Source of the DNA: an uncultured Gemmatimonadales bacterium
GTDB taxonomy: Bacteria; Gemmatimonadota; Gemmatimonadetes; Longimicrobiales; RSA9
DNA: 64,000 nucleotides
Direction: 5' to 3'
Assembly: GCA_963783305.1 (NCBI GenBank)
Contig: CAWAMW010000013.1
Span: 32,001-96,000 of the forward strand
A program made the position numbers and the translations under genes. The notes under the pieces are model-generated. The model was not told the DNA's origin. It searched no databases and saw only the letters and a program-made list of their open reading frames with translations. Positions 39,649-47,465 of this stretch are shown here, in pieces (position 1 is the first letter of the stretch; each line of letters opens with the position of its first letter).

Positions 39649-40533
39649 TCAACCTTCGTGCCGTGGCTCGGGTAGAGCGACGCAGTTCAGGATGCCGCCC
39701 ACCGGATTGAAGGTGAGCCACCGTCGCCCGTGAGACAACTGCTGGCGGGTGGAGGGTGAGCAGAGGGTGGAGACCGAGTCGCCTTCGACCACGAGCGCGG
39801 TCTCGCCGGCAGCGATGAGCCGGAAGCTGTGTGTGCCGGCGGGGACGGTGAGGACGAGGTCGAGGGGCGGGGCCGCGGGGCGGATCTCGAGGCGGTCCGG
39901 GACCCCCACGGAAACGGAGAGGGGCCGACTGCTCAGGACGCGGAACGGTCCGACCTCGATGCGAACGCTGATGGATGCGATGTTGGCGAGCTCCGGCAGA
40001 CGGACGACTGCGGGTGCGAGGTCGCGGGTGAAGGTGGTGAAGAGCGACGGGTGGGGCGCCTCCGCCTCGACTGGCAGGAGCGCGTCCTCACGGCCGCCGT
40101 AGTCCATGGCCTCAGGGCCGTAGTCGATGGCCTGACGGCGGGGGTCCACGGCCTCTCCCCACGCGAAGGTGCGTGCGCGGGTGTGGCTGGACATCGTCTC
40201 GCCCATGGGTCGGCCGGGGAGCCGCACCTGGACCCAGACCTCGTCGGGGACGGCGACCATGTAGTCGACAGGGCCGTCGCCTGCGGCGGTGAGGGTGAGC
40301 GCATCGTGCTCGGCGAGTCCAGCGGCCGTGAAGCCCCTGGGCGCGCGGCTCGCTACCCGAACCGACCCGGGGCCTCCCCGTATGACCCTGAGGGTGCCAG
40401 CGCTCTCGGCATCGACGTAGATGGTCAGCCGGCTGCCGGCGAAGGCGAAGCTCTCACGTGAAACCTGCCATTCCTGCGCGGCCGCGGCCGACGGCCCCAG
40501 CAGGGCGAGGATGGCGATCAGGATGGTTCTCAT
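39649..40533 (-). CDS. hypothetical secreted protein
   Basis: signal peptide MRTILIAILALLGPSAAAAQ; beta-rich. Confidence 0.65.
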   Translation of the reverse strand: MRTILIAILALLGPSAAAAQEWQVSRESFAFAGSRLTIYVDAESAGTLRVIRGGPGSVRVASRAPRGFTAAGLAEHDALTLTAAGDGPVDYMVAVPDEVWVQVRLPGRPMGETMSSHTRARTFAWGEAVDPRRQAIDYGPEAMDYGGREDALLPVEAEAPHPSLFTTFTRDLAPAVVRLPELANIASISVRIEVGPFRVLSSRPLSVSVGVPDRLEIRPAAPPLDLVLTVPAGTHSFRLIAAGETALVVEGDSVSTLCSPSTRQQLSHGRRWLTFNPVGGILNCVALPEPRHEG

Positions 40534-40607
40534 GGCGTTATCTCTACCGGGCGCTCAGGTCTGTGGATGATAGCCCGTGCCGGCGGAGATGTTCCGAGCT
40601 CGCTCCG

Positions 40608-41162
40608 TCAGGTGGCGCCGACGCCCGAATCGGCTGATGCCGTGCCGGCGGCCTCTTCATCGACCAGCTTGAACGAGCGCACGACCGTCCAGCTGTCCGA
40701 GCCGGGGCTCCGGGACAGGACGTCGGATGCGATCTCATCGGTCATGGCCGGGTCCGACTCGCGGAGGACGCCCCGGACGTTGACGGTGTCCCCCTTCCGT
40801 ATCCTGCGGGCGGAGTCCACGCGCAGGAGGGTGGACTCGGCGAGGATCCAGAACGCGTCATTGCCGGTGGCGAGGACTTCTCCGTCTGCCAGGACCGTCT
40901 CACCGAGGTGCTCCTCACTCAGGGGGAGAAGGTCGGCGACGCTGGGGGTCGCCGGTGCGGTGGCCGCACCGGGGCCGAGACTCGGGATGCGGGCGGGTGG
41001 GAGGGTGTCGGCCGCGGTCGGCGGCAGCTCCAGTCCCTCCGGCTCTTCCGGTGACCGGAGGAGTGCGGTCGCACCCCACGCGAGGAGGGCCAGCAGAACG
41101 ACGCCGAGCAGCCAGGGCCAGCGGAAGGCGCGCTTCTTCTCCACGTCGATCCTACGCATCAT
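40608..41162 (-). CDS. hypothetical membrane-anchored protein (OB-fold-like C-domain)
   Basis: WPWLLG TM; Pro-rich linker; GDTVNVRG; start overlaps the PBP stop. Confidence 0.65.
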   Translation of the reverse strand: MMRRIDVEKKRAFRWPWLLGVVLLALLAWGATALLRSPEEPEGLELPPTAADTLPPARIPSLGPGAATAPATPSVADLLPLSEEHLGETVLADGEVLATGNDAFWILAESTLLRVDSARRIRKGDTVNVRGVLRESDPAMTDEIASDVLSRSPGSDSWTVVRSFKLVDEEAAGTASADSGVGAT

Positions 41163-43588
41163 CGTCCTCCCAGATCAGCGGGCGGTGCCGGTGTGGAGTC
41201 CGGCGGGCTCTCGCCCACCGGGCGGCCCACGAGCGTGTCCTCGGGGAGCGGTCGCGGTGTGGTGTCCGGCCGCTGGGGCCGGAGTCGAATGGTGTCCCGC
41301 GGCGTTGGATTCATGCGGATGGTATCGCGGCGGATCGTGTCGGGGCGGACCGGATCCAGCCGGGTGTCGCGTTCGCCCATGATGATGGTGTCTGGCCGCT
41401 GGGCCGGTGTGGTGTCACCGGCGGCGGTATCGCGCTCCTCGTCGCCGAACACGCGCTGCCGGATGCGTCCCCACCACGAGTCATCGCCCTCATAGAGTGA
41501 GTCGGCGCCGAGAGTATCGTATCCGAGGAGGTAGTCGTTGCAGCCGGCGGTGCTCACGGTCCCGCGCATGAAGTACTCCTCGTGCAGGTCGCCGACCGTG
41601 GGGCAGTTGGATGCGACGACGTTGCCGCGGGCATCCACCATGTGCTGCTCGATGCCCGGGGGCGGTGACCAGCCGCTGGATCCCGGCGCCACCTGTCTCA
41701 TGATCCGGCCCCATACAGGCGCCGCGAGACGACCGCCGGTGGCGCTGGCCATGATCCGCTCCGGGTCATCCATGCCGATCCATACGCCACCCGCTATCTC
41801 GGGGGTGAAGCCGACGAACCAGACATCGGCGGACTCGTTCGTGGTGCCCGTCTTTCCCGCCGCCGGCTGGGTGAAGCCGACGGAGCGGACGGCGGCGCCG
41901 GTGCCGCGGTCCACCACGTCGCGCATGAGGCTGACCGTGAGGAAGGCGACGTCGGAGGAGAGGGCTCGCTGCGAGCGCGGCGGAACCTGCCAGACGAGAT
42001 TGCCCTGCCGATCGGTGACGCGTGTGACGAAGCGCGGCTCCGGGCGCTCGCCGAGCGTGGCGAAGGTGGCGTACGCGGCGACCATCTCCAGGAGCGTCAC
42101 CTCGGCCGCGCCGATGGCGACGGACGGATACGGGGGGATATCACCGCCGATCCCGAGGCGGTGGGCCATGTCGATGACGCGGCTGAGTCCTACCTGCTCC
42201 GCCAGTCGGATGGTGGCGACGTTCTTCGAGTGGGTGAGCGCCTCCCGCATGGTGATCTCGCCGGAATAGCTGCCGCCGAAGTTCTTCGGAGACCAGCGCT
42301 GGCCGTCACGGACGGTGGTGTAGGGAGTGTCCTGGAGGATCGTGGTCAGCGGGTACCCGTTCTGGAGCGCGGCGGCGTAGACGAACGGCTTGAACGCGCT
42401 CCCCGGCTGCCGCCGGGCCTGGATGGCGCGGTTGAACTTGGAGTCGTCGAAGTCGCGCCCGCCCACGAGCGCGAGGATATCCCCGGTCTCAGCCGCCATG
42501 ATGATCGTCGCGCCCTGCAGGTAGGGGGACCCTCCGCCGCTGGCTGTGTGGGTGCTGTCAGCCATGGTCCCACCATACGTGGGGTGGGGGAAATAGCCGA
42601 ATCGACCGGATTCTATGGCCTGGAGCTGCTGGCTCAGCTCGCGCTCGGCCACGGCCTGCGCGTCCAGATCGAGGGTCGTGTGAATCGTAAAGCCCTCGGT
42701 ATAGACCTCGTCGCCCAGCCGCTCCTCGACGAGCTGCCGGACGGTTTCCATGAAGTACGCGGCCCGGTCGGGGCTCTCGAGTCGGCTCCGTGCCAGGTCG
42801 GGCTCGTCGTCGGCGATGTCATCCGCCTGCTGCTGGGTGATGTAGCCCTCGTCGACCATGCGGCGCAGGACGGTACGGCGGCGCTTCATCGCCCGCTCCA
42901 TGCTGCTGCGGGGGTTGAGTTCCGAGGGTGCCTGCGGGAGCCCGGCCAGCAGGGCGGACTCCCCCAGCTCCAGCTGCGAGGCGGACTTGCCGAAGTACTC
43001 CTGGGCGGCCGCCTCGATACCCCATGCGCCGCTGCCGAAGTAGATCTGGTTGAGATACAGCGCCAGGATCTCGTCCTTGGAGTACCGGCTCTCCAGCTCC
43101 CTCGCCACCTTGATCTCGCTGATCTTTCGATTCAGCGTGCGCTGGTTCGCCGGCAGTTGCTCCGGGAAGACGTTTCGCGCCACCTGCATCGTGATGGTGC
43201 TGAAGCCCTCCTCGATGCTGCCACTCCGGACGTTCCGCAGGAGAGCGCCGACCGCCCGCGACCAGTCGACGCCGCCATGGTGGAAGAAGTCCTGGTCTTC
43301 GATGGCGACGAACGCCTGCGTCACGTGCTCCGGGAGCGAGTCCAGCTCGACGATCTGGCGGTTCACACGGAACAGCTTACCGATCTCCTCATCGTCGCGA
43401 TCCACGACCACGGACGCCTCATCGGGCACGAAGCCCTGCACCTGCTCGATCTCGGGGCAGCCGGCGAATCCGCACGTCTGGTATGCGGCCAGCAGCACCG
43501 CGAGCACGACCACCGCCACGGCGAAGAGCGCCACCACGATCGCGTACAGGGACAGCGGTCCACGCTTCCGGTTCTTATCGTCCATCAC
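41159..43588 (-). CDS. class A penicillin-binding protein (PBP1A)
   Basis: EDQDFFHHGG, STITMQ, RKISE; SAFK, SKN, KTG. Confidence 0.93.
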   Translation of the reverse strand: MMDDKNRKRGPLSLYAIVVALFAVAVVVLAVLLAAYQTCGFAGCPEIEQVQGFVPDEASVVVDRDDEEIGKLFRVNRQIVELDSLPEHVTQAFVAIEDQDFFHHGGVDWSRAVGALLRNVRSGSIEEGFSTITMQVARNVFPEQLPANQRTLNRKISEIKVARELESRYSKDEILALYLNQIYFGSGAWGIEAAAQEYFGKSASQLELGESALLAGLPQAPSELNPRSSMERAMKRRRTVLRRMVDEGYITQQQADDIADDEPDLARSRLESPDRAAYFMETVRQLVEERLGDEVYTEGFTIHTTLDLDAQAVAERELSQQLQAIESGRFGYFPHPTYGGTMADSTHTASGGGSPYLQGATIIMAAETGDILALVGGRDFDDSKFNRAIQARRQPGSAFKPFVYAAALQNGYPLTTILQDTPYTTVRDGQRWSPKNFGGSYSGEITMREALTHSKNVATIRLAEQVGLSRVIDMAHRLGIGGDIPPYPSVAIGAAEVTLLEMVAAYATFATLGERPEPRFVTRVTDRQGNLVWQVPPRSQRALSSDVAFLTVSLMRDVVDRGTGAAVRSVGFTQPAAGKTGTTNESADVWFVGFTPEIAGGVWIGMDDPERIMASATGGRLAAPVWGRIMRQVAPGSSGWSPPPGIEQHMVDARGNVVASNCPTVGDLHEEYFMRGTVSTAGCNDYLLGYDTLGADSLYEGDDSWWGRIRQRVFGDEERDTAAGDTTPAQRPDTIIMGERDTRLDPVRPDTIRRDTIRMNPTPRDTIRLRPQRPDTTPRPLPEDTLVGRPVGESPPDSTPAPPADLGGR

Positions 43589-43634
43589 GGCTCGTATTCC
43601 ACTCTGTTCGGGTGATTACGGAGTCGATGCTGGG

Positions 43635-43650
43635 GCAAGTACGGTGCCGG
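43635..43650 (-). promoter_or_regulatory. sigma-54 promoter
   Basis: CCGGCAC-CGTAC-TTGC on minus strand upstream of PBP1A. Confidence 0.6.
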
Positions 43651-43731
43651 CACGCGCCGGGGCCCCCGTTTTGCCAAACCCCCGCATGCGTGGCTAGCTT
43701 TAACTGGACCCTACCCGGACGGAGCCCCCCA

Positions 43732-44673
43732 ATGACCCGATACACCGAAGACGAGCTCAAGCGTAAAGTCCAGGACGGCTACATCCTGGAGTCACCGGAC
43801 GAGATGACGCCCGGCTACCTGAAGGCTCTCACGATCCAGCTGCTGGTGCAGGGCGACACCGAGCTGATGAGCGCGCCCGCCTACTGGGGCGCCGCCCAGG
43901 ACGCGCCCTCCACGAACACCATGGTGAGCGCGGTAGCCATCATCCAGGACGAGCTGGCACACGCGAACATCGCCTATCGGCTGCTGGAGGACATGGGGCA
44001 GGACAAGGAGCACCTGCTCTACGGCCGTGAGCCCCACGAATTCAAGCACCCGTACGGCTTCGACCAGCCGCTCGAGAACTGGGCGGAGCTGGTCACGGCA
44101 AACGGGTTCTTCGACCGAGCCGGAATCACCCTGCTGGGGGACGTGCACCGGAACACGAGCTACGGACCGCTCAAGCGGGCGCTGGTGAAGGTGGACATGG
44201 AGGAGACCTTCCACCTGCGACATGGTGAAGTCTGGATGCGCCGGCTGGCGGCGGCGGGCGGTGATGCGCGGGAGAAGCTCCAGCGGTCCGTGGACTGGAT
44301 GTTCCCGATGACCATCGAGTGGTTCGGGCTGCCGGACGAGCTGAAGCGCCACAGCGATCAGCTGGATTACCGCCTCAAGGGGATGACGAACGACGAGCTG
44401 CGGCAGACGTGGATGGCGTCCACGGTCCCGCTCTGCGAATCCATCGGGATCGACATCCCGGCGCACTATGACGAGCAGAAGGAGCAGTACATCCTCGACT
44501 ATCCGTTCCCGTGTCAATACGACGCGGCGGCCAAGCACTGGGACTTCACCGGTGGCGAGATCGGCTGGGACGTGGTGTTCGAGCGCTGGAAGGGACGCGG
44601 TCCCATGAACGAGCGCTATGTCGAGAGCATCCGCAAGAGCCACGGCGCCATGAATCGGATGATGGCGGCTTGA
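43732..44673 (+). CDS. PaaA/BoxB-like di-iron aryl-CoA epoxidase catalytic subunit
   Basis: QGDTE, DELAH, EETFH; SYGPL; ferritin-like fold. Confidence 0.8.
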   Translation: MTRYTEDELKRKVQDGYILESPDEMTPGYLKALTIQLLVQGDTELMSAPAYWGAAQDAPSTNTMVSAVAIIQDELAHANIAYRLLEDMGQDKEHLLYGREPHEFKHPYGFDQPLENWAELVTANGFFDRAGITLLGDVHRNTSYGPLKRALVKVDMEETFHLRHGEVWMRRLAAAGGDAREKLQRSVDWMFPMTIEWFGLPDELKRHSDQLDYRLKGMTNDELRQTWMASTVPLCESIGIDIPAHYDEQKEQYILDYPFPCQYDAAAKHWDFTGGEIGWDVVFERWKGRGPMNERYVESIRKSHGAMNRMMAA

Positions 44674-45086
44674 GTGCCCCCGCCCCGCTGGGGGTGCGGG
44701 GCCCCGCACTGAACGCCGCGGTGGGCGCTCCGCTCCTGGACCACGTCGTGGTCCGACCGGGCCTGGAGGGCTACTGGCGTGCGCTGAAGGAGGTCCTCGA
44801 TCCGGAGCTCCCCATCAGCGTGGTGGACATGGGCCTGATCTACGACATACGGGAGCGAGCGGGTGAGGCGGGCGTGGGGGCGGTGGCGCTGGACGTCACG
44901 ATGACGTTCACGGCCACGGCGTGTCCCTGCATGGAGCTCATGCTCATGGATATCCGCGACCGGCTCCTGGAAGAGCCAGGGGTCGTGGCGGTGGAGATCG
45001 AGGTCGTCTGGGACCCGCCGTGGACGCGGGGTATGATCACGGACGAAGGGCGAGTGAAGTTGCGGACGTACGGAGTGGCGAGCTAG
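44670..45086 (+). CDS. DUF59/PaaD-N metal-sulfur cluster assembly factor
   Basis: VLDPELPISVVDMGLIY, TATACP, WDPPWT; TTG start overlapping upstream TGA (start uncertain). Confidence 0.85.
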   Translation: MSAPAPLGVRGPALNAAVGAPLLDHVVVRPGLEGYWRALKEVLDPELPISVVDMGLIYDIRERAGEAGVGAVALDVTMTFTATACPCMELMLMDIRDRLLEEPGVVAVEIEVVWDPPWTRGMITDEGRVKLRTYGVAS

Positions 45087-45094
45087 GGGGCAGA

Positions 45095-45301
45095 ATGGTG
45101 TTCGAGGTGTTCGCGAGAAAGAGTCGCGGGGAGCCGCTGAGGCATATCGGCAACCTGAACGCTCCGGACGTGGAGCTGGCGAAGGTGTATGCCTTCAACA
45201 CCTACGACGAGGAGCGGTGGTTCGACATGTACGTGGTGCCACGCGAGCAGCTCGCAGAGGTGTTCACGGTGGATCGGGGCGAGCCGGCGGAGGTGCAATG
45301 A
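45095..45301 (+). CDS. PaaB-like small subunit
   Basis: FEVFAR...HIGNLNAPDVELA; YVVP. Confidence 0.75.
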   Translation: MVFEVFARKSRGEPLRHIGNLNAPDVELAKVYAFNTYDEERWFDMYVVPREQLAEVFTVDRGEPAEVQ

Positions 45302-46092
45302 CGACGGGAACGGCGCGGGAGCTGGATGAGGCGACGCTGGAGGCAGTGAGGGATCTGATCCTGGTGCTGGCCGACAGCAAGCGGCTTCTGGGCTATCGGT
45401 ATGCGGAGTGGATGCTGGGTGCGCCCGAGCTGGAAACGGGGATCGCGTGCTCGTCGATGGCGCAGGACGAGTGGGGCCACGCGCGTCTCCTGTACGCGCT
45501 GCTGAAGGGGTTCGACGATGACGTCGAGGGGCTGGAGCACGGGCGTGAGCCGGCGGGATATCGGAACATGTCGGTGCTGGACGAGCCCACGGAGAGCTGG
45601 ACGGACGTGGTGGCGCTGATGACGGTGACCGACGGCGCGCTGTCGGTCCAGTTCGAGTCGTTGCAGAGCTCGACGTACGAGCCTCTGCGACAGAGGGTGG
45701 AAAAGCTGCTGGATGAGGAGAAGTTCCACGCTGCCCATGGCGCCGCGTGGTTCCGCCGGCTGGCGGCGGGCACGGAAGCGAGCCGGACTGCGCTGCGGGA
45801 ATCGGTGCTGCGGGTACTTCCCCCGGTGCTGGCCTGGTTCGGTCCCGATTCGGAGCGGAGTGTCATGCTGAAGTCGGCGGGTGTGGTGAGCGAGGCGGGA
45901 GCAGCTCTGCGGGACCGGCTGCTGAACCGTCTGGCTCCTCTCCTGGACCTGGTGGATGTGGAGCGTCCGGAGGAGGATGTCCCCGCCGATTTCGACGAGG
46001 CGCGGCGGCGGGCGGGCGGCGGTGGCCCGAATGCCGACACGATCCGCCGCGTCCGAGGGGACCACAACCGCGATTTCCTCATGGAGAGCTGA
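45298..46092 (+). CDS. PaaC-like ferritin-fold subunit
   Basis: APELE, QDEWGHAR, EEKFH; ATGA coupling to upstream gene. Confidence 0.8.
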   Translation: MTTGTARELDEATLEAVRDLILVLADSKRLLGYRYAEWMLGAPELETGIACSSMAQDEWGHARLLYALLKGFDDDVEGLEHGREPAGYRNMSVLDEPTESWTDVVALMTVTDGALSVQFESLQSSTYEPLRQRVEKLLDEEKFHAAHGAAWFRRLAAGTEASRTALRESVLRVLPPVLAWFGPDSERSVMLKSAGVVSEAGAALRDRLLNRLAPLLDLVDVERPEEDVPADFDEARRRAGGGGPNADTIRRVRGDHNRDFLMES

Positions 46093-46096
46093 GGTC

Positions 46097-46294
46097 GTGG
46101 CGTCGGAGGAGTACGGGCTGCCGGAGAACCCGGCGTGTCCCTTCTGCGAGGGGCGCGAAACCGAGCTGCACTCGGCGTTTGGGACCGCGCTTTCCGTCGC
46201 CACCTACTGGTGCCGCCGGTGCCGGACTGCCTTCGAGTGGGTGAAGTGGGCAGAGTCCTCCGAGCGGACCGGCGACTCAGCGGCGGACCGCTAG
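46097..46294 (+). CDS. stand-alone PaaD C-terminal zinc ribbon
   Basis: CPFCEGRETELHSAFG...YWCRRCRTAFEWVK; RBS GAGG. Confidence 0.78.
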   Translation: MASEEYGLPENPACPFCEGRETELHSAFGTALSVATYWCRRCRTAFEWVKWAESSERTGDSAADR

Positions 46295-46322
46295 CAGGTG
46301 ATGAAGGGGGTCCGCGGGGGAG

Positions 46323-46385
46323 GGTCGAGGGTCGATCCCTTCGGTCGCTCCACTCCCCGAGGACCCCGCTGTCGCGGGGCGTCGA
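46323..46385 (+). repeat. dispersed intergenic repeat, copy C
   Basis: GGTCGAGGGTCGATCCCTTCGGTCGCTCCACTCCCCGAGGACCCCGCTGTCGCGGGGCGTCGA. Confidence 0.8.
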
Positions 46386-46417
46386 AGTGACGGGCCACGC
46401 GCGGGTTCAGCAATTCG

Positions 46418-46963
46418 TCAGGGGCTTGCTTCCTCTTCCCTTTCTTTCTCTCCTCCGTCCTGTTCGATCCGGACCTCAAGCAGGAAGTCCTTCAGGGGAC
46501 CGCTCGTGACGGTGGCCGCCTCCGCCAGCTCGAGGGTAATGGCAGGGCGCCGCATACCGTTGATCAGCACGTGCCGCGCGGCCACTTCCACGACCTTCTC
46601 ATCCGTCGCCCTCGTGGCCGCCTCGTAGTACTCGATGTAGCGGGCGCTCACGCGCTGCTCGAAGAGGGGGAGCTGTACGCGAGGGATGGCGCGGGGCTCG
46701 AGGTCCTCGTAGATGGCGTGGTGCATGGCGTCCAGCACCTGCCTGACGCGCTCGGGCTGGTCGGCGCACGCCTGCTGGCACGCGTGCGTATGCAGCCACA
46801 TGAAGAAGATGAGTGCTTCTTCGGGCTCCACGGTGGGTAGCGCGAGCACCGCCGTCCCGCCGGTGCTCTCGGGGGGAAGCCCCCGTCGCTCGATGAAATC
46901 GGTGAAGCTCTCCCATACCAACTGGGCGAGACTGTCACCCAGCTCCGCGGCTGACATCCGCAT
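46418..46963 (-). CDS. hypothetical protein
   Basis: RBS GGAGG; helical, non-shadow composition. Confidence 0.6.
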   Translation of the reverse strand: MRMSAAELGDSLAQLVWESFTDFIERRGLPPESTGGTAVLALPTVEPEEALIFFMWLHTHACQQACADQPERVRQVLDAMHHAIYEDLEPRAIPRVQLPLFEQRVSARYIEYYEAATRATDEKVVEVAARHVLINGMRRPAITLELAEAATVTSGPLKDFLLEVRIEQDGGEKEREEEASP

Positions 46964-47089
46964 GTGGCCTCCGTTCTCGTGTGGGCTGCTAATACGGAGC
47001 GGTGAACGGCAGGTGTCAAGATCCGCGCGTCGCGCTGGCGGGCGCCGGTGGGCCGAATCAGTGCCAGCCGGCGCCGCGGTCGTCGGATG

Positions 47090-47395
47090 TCAGGCGGGAA
47101 CGACGGTCCAGCCGATCTGGACTTCTCTGCCGTCACGAACGGCGTCTCCGGTGGGGACCACCAGGTCGAACTCGCGGTACTTCTCCACGCGCTCCCTGGT
47201 CTGGCGACCGGCGGTGGCGGAGAGGCCTTTCACGGTGGCGCTCCACTCCTCGCCTTCGGGAGTGAGGATGCGGAAGGAGGAGCCGGGCTTGAGCATGGAC
47301 GGGTCGAAGTCGCCCCCGGTCAGCTTCAGGCGGAGCATCCACCCGCGCAGGGGGACCATGTAGGAGTCGGATACGTTGAAACGAAAGTCGGCCAT
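47090..47395 (-). CDS. small hypothetical beta-barrel protein
   Basis: 101 aa beta-rich; N-terminus resembles EF-Tu/SelB domain II. Confidence 0.6.
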   Translation of the reverse strand: MADFRFNVSDSYMVPLRGWMLRLKLTGGDFDPSMLKPGSSFRILTPEGEEWSATVKGLSATAGRQTRERVEKYREFDLVVPTGDAVRDGREVQIGWTVVPA

Positions 47396-47465
47396 GTCAT
47401 CGGTATCGTGAGACCAGGGCCCGGCCGCCCCATGCGAGCCGGCTAGCGGGTGCAGGATACCGTCT

